64,000 nucleotides of DNA. Origin: the human T2T-CHM13v2.0 reference genome, Homo sapiens. A model generated the notes under the pieces. That model saw only the letters and a list, made by a program, of their open reading frames with translations, was not told the origin of the DNA and ran no database searches. Below are positions 1-16,386 of this stretch, piece after piece. Within the stretch, counting starts at the first letter, position 1. Each line of letters begins with the position of its first letter. The translations under genes and the position numbers were made by a program. The stretch is taken from the NCBI RefSeq assembly GCF_009914755.1, contig NC_060941.1, one strand, 5' to 3'.

Positions 1-1287
1 AATAAACAATACCCTGAAGATTATCTGAACACTGAACAGCAGCAAAATTATCAGCGTCAATTTTCTAATTTTGATGGTTGTATTGTGGTTATGCTAGAAA
101 AGGTCCTTGTTTGTAGGAAATACACCAAAAAGTGTTTGGAGCTAATGACGCAACATGTCAGCAAATAAATACTCTCAAATTATTTAGGAAGACTTTTCAG
201 ATTATTTAATAATACATTTTTTAAATAAAACAAACGTTAGAATTGCACTTGAAATTCCAAACTAAAGTCAAAAAAAGCTTCCATATTCTAGAATTTTCCC
301 GCCACAACTTTCCTAGCTTTTGTTTCTTTGTGAAACTAAAGAAACTTACTGCTTATTAGACTATGAAAATCTTACCCAATACTACTTATTATGCCAAAGA
401 GTCTCATATATATGTATGTCAGTACAAAACTTAACACTGCTAAGTTCCTAAAGCCTATGAATTCCCAGATTTAATCATTAACCTTTGTATATAATGTTAT
501 CAAAAGAGACTCCAAAGAATGGAAAGATTTAAGCAATACTTTAAAGATTTACCTAAAACCTCTAAACCAAATCTTAAAAGTCCTAGGATATTCACTAAAA
601 TGCAAAGTTCTTATAAATAATTTCTAAATATTTCAAGATGCTAATCCAGAGCAGTTCCTGGCATTTCCTGACCAGGCTCTTTTCACCTCCCCCTCATCCA
701 CAGAGGGCATGCAGTATCTACTCGCACTATGCTCCTTGCCTGATCTCTAGGAAGCCTTCTCAAATCTCAAGGCTGGGACTTGCTTTTGCTCTCACAACAT
801 GGTAAGCTTCCTTCTGGCCTGGCAGAATCGCATCTAGTAAAATACTTTACTTCTGTGTCTGTTTCCCTTCCGTGTGCACCTCAAAGGCTCGACTACATCT
901 TACTCATCTTCGTACCCTCCAGATTTCATCTTGCCCAGTCAAATCTATCCACAGTATATCTTTTAACATTGTTATGCAGTGGTATCCTAGCTTGGATCCT
1001 GGAACAAATAAAAGACATTGATAGAAAAACAAGTGAAATCCAAATACAATCTGTAATTTAATAGTTGTGTGCCATTTAAAATTTCTTAGTCATGAAAAAT
1101 GTGTCATGGTTATACAAGATGTTAATATTAGGGGAAGCTGGGTGAAAGGTATGTAGAACCTATGCTATCTTTGCAATTTTTTGGTAAATCTAAAGTTGTT
1201 TCAAAACAAAAAGCTAAAAAACAACAAAAAAGGTGCTAGTCCATAGCCAGGAAGACCTTTATACAGGGCTGAGCAGATGATAATCTA

Positions 1288-1383
<96 letters not shown>

Positions 1384-1617
1384 CTACTGGGGCAGGGATT
1401 TCAAACATAAAAATTCTAGTAAGATGCAAACATTTAACCATACAAACTTATTAAAGTAGTTTTTAATATACATACACACAGGCCATGATGTTAAATGTGC
1501 AAAATGTTTCAGGGATGAGAAAATGCTCAAAGTTTCTGTGGATGCAGTTAGGTCTGGGATCTGAACTACAAAGGCATTCATCTCCAGGGGAAAGTTCCCT
1601 AAGTCAGTTCTCTTCAT

Positions 1618-1648
<31 letters not shown>

Positions 1649-1713
1649 AGCTCAAGTACCACGATTGTTACTATGTGTGACCCTAGCTCCAGTAATGACT
1701 TTAAAACCAATTA

Positions 1714-2046
<333 letters not shown>

Positions 2047-2486
2047 TTATGCTGATACTGAGATAAATAGACCAAACGAAATTTGGGAGGTTAACTTAAC
2101 TCTGGCTTCCAGAAGTAACAATGCCAAAGTAGAAGAGGAATCTAAAAGTGGAGCTTCTTGCAAATTACACCCATTATTTCTTTGTACCCTTATTCAACTC
2201 CCCAAATGAAGATGATGTTGGCCAACTAGACTAGGCCTAACTCATTAACCTTCCCGTAGCTCCAAAAACCCACTTCTCTTACCACAGGGTAGTGGCTCTC
2301 AAGTTATTTCTGGGTCAGAATTAGAACTCGAGAGAACCCCAAGAAAAAGGCAGATCCACACATAACTAAGTTCCACTTTTTGTTTCAATTTCAACGTATA
2401 CATGGAACTCTGGATGGGGCTCAAGTGACAAATTATAAAAGTCCTCTGACTTCTCAATCACGGTAAACTTTAGGTTCATACCCTTA

Positions 2487-3219
<733 letters not shown>

Positions 3220-4674
3220 GTAGGTAGTTCCCTGCGGCTGGAGGCGGGTCTGGCGCGGGCTGGGCGGTGCTGCGGGGCCGCGGGACAGCGGAGCGCCGGG
3301 AAGGGGGCTGCCTTAGGGGTCCAGGTGCGCGGCTGGGCCGAGGCAAGGCGGCCCCAAGCGCTGGGGGCGCCCCGCTTTGGTCGTGGGCTTCGGTGACCAC
3401 AGCTAGCTCCTCGCGCCGGGGACACCCCCACCTCGGAAGAGAGAACACACTGCCTAGAGACCCACGGGACTGGGCAGCCCCCATAACCCTACCTTGTCTG
3501 GCCGACTTTGTCAACCTCGTCCTGCCGGCCAAGAGGAAGTGCCAGAATGTTGACTCCTTTACATCTTTGAAATAGAAACCGACCCATTGCGATTGAAATA
3601 GTCTTTAACTTAAAAAAAATTGCTAATTAGGATAATTTGAGTGGTTAGGGCGGTCTGGAAGAACTTTAAATGCCCAGCGCTTCTAGTTATTTAACATTAT
3701 AATGTAACCTAATTAATAAAGCATAGCAGTGTGTAAAGAAATATAGACAGCATGATATCCCATCCGTTAACTTAGTCTTCCTGGGTCCCAGTTTCTTAAA
3801 ATACTCTCACGGACTCCCTTGCTCCCTACAGTTTCGTTATTTGAAGTTTGTTATGGGTTCCTCATCTGGAACTGCTTATGTTCCTTGTTAATGAGGCCAA
3901 GAGCATTCGTAGGTTTTTCGTTCTTTGTGAAAGTCTAACTTCATTTCATCTGCCTTTATTTATATCTTAATATCCGCAATATTAACCACTCCCTCCCCGC
4001 CCCTACCTCGGTGGTTGCTTTACAAAATACAGAGAAATAAAAAAAGGAAAATCGTCCTCTAATTATCTTCCTTAACTACAGATCCCGCTCCTGTGTGGCT
4101 TTTTTTTCCCCCATGGGACCGACTCTGAGTAGGAGAAACTCGTGCTCTGATGATTGTTGGACCAGAGCATGGTTGGTTTGCTTGTTTTCTATGAGTTAGC
4201 CAAACTAGCCAACTGTTCTGTTCTCTAACCCAGTAACGGAACATAGTGTTACCTGTGTTTCTTGATTCGCGGTTGGACTAGAATTTTCAGAAATTTCTGC
4301 CAAAGTTCTTAAATGTTTGTTCAGCACTTCAAGTCGTTAATCAAACTATTTTTTTCTATCTTATAGTTGCCTGTGGGTAGGATTTTTGCTCTTTTATCTT
4401 TGTGTATTTGTTTGCCCAGGGATAATTTTTTCTTGTAATTGACAAAAAGACATAAAAGTACCTTGTGTAGTCAGGCAGATAGCATACAAAATTATTGTTC
4501 ATCTCTGATTGCCCAATTGTAGGTTACCTGATCAGCCACCCAAATTAAGATTGAAGTCAGTGTTTCTACCTGATCTATTAAATTTTATTTGCTAAAGTGC
4601 TTCTTTTAGTAGCAACTTCTTCATATTAATTTTATAATATTAAATAAAATGCTATCATTGAAAACAGTTCTTGG

Positions 4675-4845
4675 GGCCAGATGTGGTGGCTCACGCCTGT
4701 AATCCCATCACTTTGGGAGGCTGAGGTGAGTGGGTCACTGGAGCCTAGGAGTTTGAAGCTGCAGTGAGCTGTGATCGGGCCACTGCCTTCCAGTCTGGGC
4801 AACAAAGCAAGACTCTGCCTCTAAAAAATAAATAAAATAAATATA
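4675..4845 (+). mobile_element. Alu monomer (FRAM/FAM-like)
   Basis: Single Alu arm with (AAAT)n tail. Confidence 0.85.
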
Positions 4846-5056
4846 AAATATAGTTCCTGGCTCAAAGTAGGTGTTTTATAACTGCATTTTGGATGAATTG
4901 CTAGTAACACCTGAGCCTGATGGCAAGGACCCATGAAACTTTAGTGCCAGAAGGCGCCTACAGTGTTATCCCTTATAGACCTTATCACTTTTATTACTGC
5001 TGTGAAACCACCAAAGTCACCAAATGAGGTTTATGTTTTGTTTTCCAAGTTAGATA

Positions 5057-5057
5057 T

Positions 5058-5090
<33 letters not shown>

Positions 5091-5384
5091 TTTGAGACAA
5101 AGTCTCCCTCTGTCGCCCAAGCTGGAGTGTGCAGTGGTGCGATCTCAGCTCACTGCAACCTCCGCCTCCTGGGTTCAAGCGATTCTCTTGCCTCATCCTC
5201 CCGTGTAGCTGGGACTAGAGGTGCGTGCCACCAGGCCTGTCTAATTTAAAAAATATATATATTTTTAGTAGAGACAGTGTTTCACCATGTTAGCTAGGAC
5301 GGTCTCGATTTCCTGACATCGTGATCTGCCCGCCTCGGCCTCCCAAAGTGCTAGGATTACAGGCTTGCGCCACCACACCCGGCC
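5057..5384 (-). mobile_element. Alu
   Basis: Poly(T) followed by antisense Alu dimer. Confidence 0.93.
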
Positions 5385-6059
5385 CCAATTTAGATATTTT
5401 TCTTGAGAGAAGCAGGGCATGGATTAGTATCATCTGATATTGGTTCTATCAATAGTGATCAGATTTTGTTCTTGACATAACTTTAGGCTGGTTTGACTGG
5501 GGACAGCTAGGCCCTAACTTTTGTGAACTTCCCAGCACCCTAATGTGTTTACTTCATTTTTGTTCCAGGCCCCTGCCCCTTGTGCCTAACTCCTAACCAC
5601 AAACATTTCCTGCCCCAACTTAACTTTCCTTTTGGTATGGTATCTGCGTAGAAAACATATGCTGCACCCTTAGGCTAGGAGCCTCTGTTACAATAGTTTC
5701 TCCTAACAAAGTCTCTCTTTATTAATCTCTAGACTTTCCCTGCTGCCCCCTTCACCTTTGACAATAGAGTGAAGAAATCATACTCTTTTCAGGGTAGAGC
5801 TACTTCTTTTACAAGTTCATTATTGATGCTTGAAGGCTTTCCACAAGGAACTTCAGCCTTCTGCCAATCTTAAGTATTGGAAAAGTTTTATTAGTATGAT
5901 CTTATAGCAACTTTTCAGTAATTAAGCATCCTTGGGTATGGGAGGCCTGAGGCAGGTGGATCACTTGAGCTCAGGAGCTTGAGACCAGCCTGGGCAACAT
6001 GGCAAAACCCTATTAGTATGATCTTGTAGTAACTTTTCAGTAATTAAGCATCCTTGGGT

Positions 6060-6342
<283 letters not shown>

Positions 6343-6850
6343 TCATGCCTAAGGTAGTTTTCTCAAAATACTGGCTGCTTATCCTGTACTATGACATGAT
6401 AGGAATTTTGAGAGCAACTCTTGTAAACTTTTCTACATTATTCTCTTCTATTAAAATGTTGCAGTAGTTTCAGTTATGAGGCTCATTAGACAGATTTTCA
6501 GATATATAATTTTAAAATTATTTTCTTAACATGCGTATAGTACTTTATGGTTTAGAGATTTACAGAGTAATAGTTTACTGTGATCATAACTCAGTTGAAG
6601 CTCACGATAACCTATTGAGGGTTATTTTGCTTCAGGAAACACGAGGACTATAATTCAGTTCTGGGTTTTTCATTTCAAAGGGTTCAGCACTTCATAATAC
6701 CTCTTTAAAACTTAGACAGCGTAGCATGTAATAAATGGTGCAGGCAAACTTTGAAAACAAAGTTCACTAAAAACTTGCCATTCTCCTTTCTATTCAAAAG
6801 CGAAATATTTCCTTAGGTCTTCTAATTTTTCCAGATTTGATTTTCTCTAA

Positions 6851-7181
<331 letters not shown>

Positions 7182-7519
7182 TATATGTACATTTTTAAAC
7201 ACACATAAAAGTAGTTAGAATAAACTTCATGCACCCATTTCTAGCTTCCACAATTATCCTGTACTCACTGATTTTTTTGTGTGTCTGTATTTGATGGAGG
7301 GAGGGAGCTATTTTGAAAACATTTCCTGACATTAGAATGCTTATTAATTCTAAGTTTCCTCACTGGAGGTGGCTTTGAGTTTTTGATCTCTCTGTTCACC
7401 AGGACCAATCTTTCTGAGCTCCCCCTACATGTCCCTGAACCAAGAAAGGAAAGGCTAAACTCGCCAGGAGAGTCAATTCCCTGACCACCTGGTTCTTTTT
7501 GCACTGCCGTACTCACTTC

Positions 7520-7743
7520 TGATCCTATCTTTCCCTGAATATGTTTCTGAAATCTGAAATGGCCCCAAATCAGAAATTTGAGCACCAACATGAAGCTCAA
7601 AGGAAATGTTAATTGGAGCATTTTGGATTTTGGATTTTCAGATCAGGAATGCTCAACTGTTAAGTATATTCCAAAATCTGAAAAAGTCCGAAATCTAAAA
7701 CACTTCTGGTCCCAAGCATTTTGGATAAGGAGATACTAACCTT
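7520..7743. mobile_element. Tigger4/MER46-like DNA transposon remnant
   Basis: CACTTCTGGTCCCAAGCATTTTGGATAAGG terminal motif and GGAGCATTTTGGATTTTGGATTTTCAGAT internal motif. Confidence 0.7.
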
Positions 7744-9614
7744 ATTTTTAAAAGCCATGTATATTCAACACTTTGGATCTCTCTTTTTACCCCAGAACAC
7801 ATCGCTGTTTTGAAGTGTGTGCCCCTTGGTGCTTCTCTCCACATTAACTTTCCTTAAAAATTGCCAGTTCTTAGGATAGCCTTGAGTTTTTCTAAACTGA
7901 ACTTGTTCCAGTGGAAGGTGTATTTGAGAGGATTTTGGTATCAAATGACAGAAAATCAATTTGATTTAGCTTTAAGCCCAGGAGAATTTATGTGCTGACA
8001 TGTGTAACTAAATGACCAGTGTTCTAGCAGGGACAGGTGAATTTAGGTATTCAACTAATGTTTTCAGAAATCTCCATCTTTCCATCATTCAGAATTGTTT
8101 CTTTCTATGTTGGATTTCTTGTCAGTTCATTTTCTCCAAAAATTGAAGCCTTAGTTTATCAGCGTTTGTAGTAGTGGCAGTGCCTGTCCCAGGGCTGATG
8201 CTTATTGTGACCCAGGTTGAGTTACATGCCTACCCCTAACTGGCCAGAGGAAACTGGGTTTTTACGGGCCAGGTCTGGGCCATGTGTCTGCTATTTCACT
8301 TCCCCAGCCAGTGAATGGGGTTGGAGGTCAGACCACAAGAACTGAGAGTGGGGAATTGGATAAATGCCTAGAGAAAAATTGGGTGCTGTCACCTTAAGAA
8401 CAGGAAATGAATGCTGGGTAGGCAAAAATAACAGCTGTCCACTGGAGAGAAGATCCAATTCATTGGGACTAAATCCCCTCTAGGAGATCCACAATACATA
8501 TTATCACCATAAAGGCTCTGAGTTTAAAGATAAAAACAAGCTCACTTGGCAGGGGATAAGATCACCCCCAGAAATAGTTTTCTCTTAAGAGTTAATATAA
8601 CTCTTAATGGTTAATATAACCTTAATGGTTAATATCACCAAGGTTAATACAACCTTGGTGATAATATTCATGTTATATACTTGCTAAGTTATCTTCTGAT
8701 TTGATTCTTCTATTAATCTGAACTTGGAATCGCAAATATTTGAAACCTAACATAAGGCTAAAGATTTTTAAACTGACTTAGATGGATTTTTGTCCTGTAA
8801 TTGTATTGAAGTTACCCACTTTTCAAATCAGATTACCTCTCATTTATACACCCTCATACATACTGACTTGATATCTAATGAGATTTTCAGGTAGGGGCTG
8901 CAGGAAGAAATGGGCAAATTAAAAAAAAGTATGAGAACACCATGTTTAAGGATTTCCATCTCTTTCTGGTGCTGTTACCTATTTTAGGGCTAGTTATACC
9001 CAACCAGATTAAGGAAGAAAGTAGCTGAAACTCATAATTAGGTGGATTAAAGAGTGTATCATTAGTAACAACAGTTTTAGGATGAAAAGAGGCCCCTAAT
9101 TCTCAAATAAGTCAAATTGAAGTCTTATCCTTATTCCAATTGTGGAGTTGTTCTTTTCATCTCTTATAGGAGTACTCTTAGAGTTGGGATTTTACATGTC
9201 CACAGAGGATTAAGTAGGAACTCTGTAGATATATTTGTCAAATGACTAGAGATGGGGAGTCTGAAAGTAATTTTAGAAAGTCAAATGAATTTTTAGGTTT
9301 TAAATAATTCAGACACCACAGCAACAGTTTATTACTATAGTCTTTATGACAAAAATCGTTGACAATTTAGAATCTTGGCCTTTGAGTTTTGTTTGAATCA
9401 TTAGCGTTCTGGGCTCTTTTAAGAGATTATAATTTACAGTTTAAACAATCGAATAATAGTTTTTTCAAGTTTAAATCTTGCTCTTTTTGGCCACTGAGGC
9501 AGGGCAGAGATCATTTGTAAGAAGAAAAGATTTCATATTTTTGGTTTTGATTGTGGGGTAGCTTAATATTCAAGTTAAAAAGAAAAAAAAATCCTGGTTC
9601 AAATTAGGATCCAG

Positions 9615-9750
9615 GGCTGGGTGTGGTGTCTCTTACCTGTAATCCCAGCTACTTGGGAGGCTGAGGTGGAAGGATTGCTTGAGCCCAGGAGTCCACGACC
9701 AGCCTGGGCAACATAGTGAGACCCTGTCAAAAACAAAAACAAAAACCACA
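9615..9750 (+). mobile_element. Alu monomer (FLAM-like)
   Basis: Single left-arm-type monomer with (AAAAAC)n tail. Confidence 0.85.
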
Positions 9751-10479
9751 AACAAAGCAAATTTTAATCCCAGCTATTGAAGAACCGGGAACCACTGCTC
9801 ACAGAAATGATAATAGTCATGTCAGTTAGTTTTTGTGCTGGATTTTTGTTGTTGTTTAAAATTATTCCTCTCCTTTCATATCTGCATTGCCTCCCACTCA
9901 CCTATTCAGATATAAAATATGAGAAACTGGGTGACCTACCCACCAAGGAAGAGAAAAGATTCAGCCTGACACAAAATAACCCATAACAGGAACCTTTTAC
10001 AAAGTACATACAGTGAATGAATGTAATACACAGCTTTCCAAAAAAAAAAAAAAAAAAAAACTTGAAGTTTTGATAGAATTATTTGGTGTTTGTGGGACAG
10101 GGGTATATGTGTGTGCGTGTGCATGTGTGTTTAAAATGAGTATTTCTTAAAAATTAGCAATTATTCCAGATTTAAATTGGGCTTTATTAGCATTAGAATG
10201 TCTATTTATTGATAGGATAGTACCTTTTGTAAATTGTTACTCTTCTGAAAGAGTTTATCATCTGTTTTACAGAAGAGAAAGCAAGTGTTTTAGAGGGTTA
10301 GTAGTTTAGACCTAAGACTGTTGGGCTCTAAAGCCCACGTACTTTTTCCTGTACCAAGCTGCCTAATGAATTAACCTTTAACATTCCCTTTATCATTTTC
10401 TTAAGTGAAATTGGGAAATTAAAACGTTTATAATTTAGTTATCGTCTTTTTACTTTATTTAGAAACCTGTTTGGAGGTT

Positions 10480-11080
10480 ATGGATGATAAACCCAATCCT
10501 GAAGCCCTAAGTGACAGTTCAGAGCGTCTTTTCTCCTTTGGCGTCATCGCAGATGTTCAATTTGCAGACTTAGAAGATGGCTTTAATTTCCAAGGAACCA
10601 GGCGGCGATACTACAGACATAGTCTTCTTCACTTACAGGGTGCCATTGAAGACTGGAATAATGAAAGCAGCATGCCCTGTTGTGTCCTTCAGCTTGGAGA
10701 TATCATCGATGGATATAATGCACAGTATAATGCATCCAAAAAGTCCCTAGAACTTGTTATGGACATGTTCAAGAGGCTTAAAGTTCCAGTTCATCATACA
10801 TGGGGAAACCATGAATTCTATAACTTCAGTAGAGAGTATTTAACACACTCTAAACTTAACACTAAGTTTCTAGAAGATCAGATTGTACATCATCCTGAGA
10901 CCATGCCTTCAGAAGATTATTATGCTTATCATTTTGTACCATTCCCTAAATTCCGGTTCATTTTACTTGATGCATATGACTTGAGTGTCTTGGGCGTGGA
11001 TCAGTCTTCTCCAAAATACGAGCAGTGTATGAAGATATTGAGGGAGCACAATCCAAATACGGAACTGAATAGTCCTCAAG
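10480..11080 (+). CDS. ADPRM: ADPRM exon 2 coding part (Mn2+-dependent ADP-ribose/CDP-alcohol diphosphatase); exon starts at 10463
   Basis: [28 protein letters not shown]...LGDIIDG...WGNHE are metallophosphoesterase motifs (DxQ, GDxxD, GNHE); acceptor TTTAG at 10462, donor AG|GTGAAT at 11081; 601 coding nt. Confidence 0.96.
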
Positions 11081-11990
11081 GTGAATTATTCCTTTGAGCT
11101 GAGAATCTAATAGATTGTCTTTAAATTCTTCAGCTACCTTTTATTCAGCAGGAAGATGGACAATTAAGGTAAAAGTATATTGTCACTTGTTCAGGGTCAG
11201 GATTTCTCACAAGCCTTCTCACATGGATTGGTTACAGTTGATTCAAGATTGATTTAACAGATATTTTAAATGCCTATTTTAGGCCAGGCACTTTTTCTAG
11301 GGGTAGATATTCCGAGCTGTAAACAATACTAACAATATTACTTTTTTGATGGATGGAATGGAGGGAACAAACACAGTACGTGGGCAAGACAGATGATAAA
11401 TGAAACAGAAACAAGATTATTTCCACGGTCGTAAGTGCTGCCAAGGAAATAGAGTATGATGTTATAGAGTGTTACGGAAAAGGATTAGGGTTGCTATTTT
11501 AGATTAGGTGATTAGGGAAGGTCTCTCCAAGGAGAAAGATATTTAAGCTGAGACCTAAATGACAAGGAGGAGTCTCCCTTGGAATGAATGGGCATAGGGA
11601 GTTAGCAGACTGAGGGAAAAACCTGCAAAGGCACTAAATGGAGTAAGACTTGAGCATTGTTGAAGAGCACAGGAAAGGGCCAGTGGGGTACAAGGTGATT
11701 TTAGAGTGTAAACGGGGCCAAGAATATGTAGCGGCTGAGTGGACTTAAGAAGTTTGCATTTTTAATATAATGGAAAGCCAGCGAAGTAAGCAGGGGACTG
11801 TCAAGAGTGAGATGCAGTGTGATATATATATATATATTTCTCTAAATGCTTGTGATTTCCTATTTTAAGTTGATTGTTGCTAATCAGATATTCCTAAAGA
11901 AAAAACAAGTGTCCCTACATTAACTAAATTTGAATGTCCAAATGAGGGGAAAAATGACTTGATGGGGCTAACTTACTGAATTCATTTCAG

Positions 11991-12107
11991 GACTTTCTGA
12001 GCCCCAGTTTGTCCAGTTTAATGGAGGATTCAGCCAAGAACAGCTAAACTGGTTGAATGAAGTGCTAACATTCTCTGACACAAACCAAGAAAAGGTGGTG
12101 ATTGTGA
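11991..12107 (+). CDS. ADPRM: ADPRM exon 3
   Basis: TTTCAG acceptor; (G)[38 protein letters not shown]; GTAAGT donor; 117 nt, phase 1-1. Confidence 0.95.
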
Positions 12108-12726
12108 GTAAGTATTTAATTTATCTGATTACACTAACATTTTAGAGATTGGGAAAAGTTAGGCGTTAAAGCATACTAACAATATTTGTGTTTCGATATC
12201 CTCTTTCTATAAAATGGACACTTAGTTTAAAAATTTCTATTGAGAAACCACCTGAATATAAGATTAACATTTAAGGATGAACCAGGAAAAGGTAAATAAC
12301 AGAAACATCTTGCCATATATTGGAGCCTGTGAGTTGGCCTTTTAGGTTCAAAGTCGAATTTCCTCAAATGAGATCAGTTTATGAAGTAATTTCTTTTTTA
12401 AACATTAATATTATTATTGAAATCATTGTAGATTCACGTGCATTTGTAAGAAATAATTCAGAGCAATCACTTATATGCTTTGCTGTTTCCCCCAACATTA
12501 ACATTTTGTAAAACTTTAGTATAATATCACAAGCAGAATATTGACATTAATACAAAAATAAAAACTCCAGAAGTTTGGCTTTTTCTAAGTTTCTTTTGTT
12601 TTTTGTTTTTTGAACCTTCTCTCCATAAGAGAAGCAAGAACCCAAAGGTGAGATGACTTCACCATGATAACTAAGACATAAAAATTACCAAGAAACTTGA
12701 CTCAAAATTAAGAACAAGCTGAATTC

Positions 12727-12975
12727 AGCCTGGCCAACATGGTGAAACCCTCTCTCTACTAAAAATACAAAAAAGAAATTAGCAGGGCATGGTGGTGCGT
12801 GCCTGTAGTTCCAGCCACTTGGGAGGCTGAGGCAGGAGAGTTGCGTGAACCGGGAGGTGGAGGTTGCAGTGAGCCAAGGTTGTGCCACTGCACTCCAGCC
12901 TGGGTGACAAAGCAAGACCCTATCTCAAAAATAAATAAATAAATACATAAATAAATAAAACCAAGCACAAACAAA
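12727..12975 (+). mobile_element. 5'-truncated Alu
   Basis: Begins at AGCCTGGCCAACATGG; TSD CAAGCTGAATTC on both sides. Confidence 0.9.
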
Positions 12976-13700
12976 AAACACCAAGCTGAATTCTAAAGTG
13001 TGGAATCCAGGTTGCAATCAGCTTATAAAGGAGCTTGACACCACACTAAACAATTTGTTAGTGGAAGTCATTACCAGGGCTTGGATCCTTTCCTCAAGGT
13101 AGGGAAGCCCTGAGTTTCATAAACTCTAATGAAGTAATTTCTAAGTGAGAAATTCAGTTAGGGGACCATACCAAATCTCAGCCTTAGAGACCTGCCTATC
13201 AGCAAAGTGGCCACCAAACAGAGGCCACTGCTGCCCAGATGCAGCAAAACTGGTATCACAGGGCATGTGTGCTACAGGCTCGGCTGGCACTGAGCACTGT
13301 GCAAGCTGTGCCTCCCACACAGTCACAAGGAAGTTAGATTTGTATTTTCATATAGAATCATTTTTGATGGGTACACTGCCATCAGAGATTGTAGGAATCC
13401 AGGGGTGCTTAAAACATACAAGCGTGTATGTGCGCATGGGCACGTGAAAACATACACGGAACTGAATTTGGGTTTGCAGCATGGCTGGGAGACTTGGTTT
13501 GGAGGTTGAGATTAGAACCCTTGGTTTAGAGTTAGAATTGATGTGGGATAACAGGTGAGAAGGCTAGACTGAGAGCTGGAAGGACAGGATGCCATTCTGG
13601 CTCTGGTTTATATGAACTGTGTAGTCCTGGGCAAATAGCAAACCTACAAACTGCAGTGTTCTCAGTAGTGTATCTAATGAAATTATGAATATGAAACCCC

Positions 13701-14002
<302 letters not shown>

Positions 14003-15576
14003 ACCTTTGAAAATGATAGGCTATTCAGATAGTTGATTATATAAAACTATATTTCTATCTGTAAAGGTAGTTTTTACTTACTAATCTTCCACTGATGTGG
14101 TAAAAACACGTAGAAGGAGCAGAAGTGTTTCTGCTAACACTGGAATACCAGGTGTCATTCAAGGGTTGGAAGAGATGAGTGCCCTTGGGTTGTTGGAATG
14201 ATGTGACACCTTTTGGCTCTATAATAAGTGGTCTCAGAAACTAGGATACTTCTTGACTTGTGTCTGCTTTTAAGTTTTCCACTCTCAGCCTGTTCTGGAG
14301 CTGAAAGGAAGCTAGAGTCATATAGCCAAACCTTTGAATTTTAAAGATAAGGAAACTGAAGCCCAAAGAGACTGAATTGCATAGCAGAATCATGGAGCTG
14401 CTGACAGCACTGAGACTAGAATCCATGCTTTATGTCTCCATCCCCTTTCCCATGTGATCCTGTGTTCTTCCCTTTTCTTTTTACTCATGGCGGTACACCT
14501 ATCTAATTTAGCAGTCTCTTACATTTCTTCTACCATTTGATGTAAGCCTAGAAACTGGAAAAGCAAACTTTTAAAAACGGAATGATTGAAGTTTTCTTTA
14601 GTAAAGTTTAAAAGTTAAAGTGTAATAAAAAAATTTTCTTTTGCTTTTTAACTTTCATTATGGCTACTCCAAGGTCATCCTATACCTTTTGAATTTTGGC
14701 CGTGCAGTTGGAAGGATAGAATTGCCATTAGCTGAGATAGGGGACACTGCAGGATGAGAAGTGCGAGTGGAGAGGGTAGGGCTTCAGGTTTGGAAATAGA
14801 AGTTTCAGATGCCTACTAGACATCAGTGGAGATGTTGAGTGGGCAGTTTGGACATTAGAAGTCTGAAATTCAGAATAGAGATTTGGGCTAGATAATAAAC
14901 GTGGAAGTTGAAAGAGTGTAGATGACATTTAAGGCATGTAAATCACTAAGAGATCACCAGTGCATTCAGTATAAATAGAGAAGTCCGAGGACCAAGCATT
15001 CAGGCACTCCTGGTAAGACGTTGGGGAAATGAGGGGGAACCAGCATAGGAGACTGGAAATTAGTGGCCATTGAAGTTGGGGAAAAACTAGAAAGACACCC
15101 CTGGGAGAAACAGTGGTGTCCTGGAATCCAAGTGTTTCAGGGAGAAGGGAACAACTAATGGCGTCAAATGCTGCAGGGACTTGATAGATGAGTCAATATG
15201 GCTTCGAGGTGCTGGAAAGCAGCACACGCCTTTGGACGCTTAGCCCTAAGGTGGTAATCAGCACATGTATGCACTTTAAAAAAAAAATTGTATTACAAAC
15301 AGATATTAAATAGAAGCATGTTTAAATTTTGGAATAAAAATGAACGGTAATAGACAAAAAGTGATTTAATGGGAAGATGCAACGTGAGCTGTACTTCAGA
15401 GTGAGAACCGTGGCTTGATCATAGATGTGTTGCTGTCAGAAATTAGAACTTCTCCTAACTCTACTTCCACGTATCTCCTGTGGATGCCAGTATAAATCTT
15501 CCCTGTTTTAACTCAGTTTTTCATCTGAAAAGTGGGTATGGCTACCTTGATCTCATGAGTGTTTAAAGTCCCATAA

Positions 15577-16003
<427 letters not shown>

Positions 16004-16386
16004 TAAGGAAATCAATTGGATTGGATTCCAGCACAGCATCTGCCCAGTTTCAGGCTGCCTTTGCAGACTGCCCTGCATAGGACACCCTTGATCTTCCTCG
16101 GTGTTTCGGCAACTTGAGATGACGTAGGCCTCAGAGATTCAGGGTTTTGCCTCTACAGCAGCCTGTCGCGCCTCATGTGAACTGTCTTACCCTTCTTCTA
16201 TGCTCCAGAGATGTGGCTGTAGATGGCCTAGTTTTCTTGTGTGTGAATTCTCTCTGGTCTCAGTTCATTTGCATAATGAGATAGCAATTTTTTTTTCTTT
16301 TTCTGAGTACTAGCTTTTAGCCATTTATTTTTATAGAAGAGATATTTCTTAATTGGCTCATAACTCTTCTTTTCTTTAACTAACAG

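Noticed and set aside
1622-1649. AATAAA followed by A25, suggesting a retrocopy tail
   Set aside because: No recognisable upstream element or TSD; treated as a mononucleotide microsatellite.
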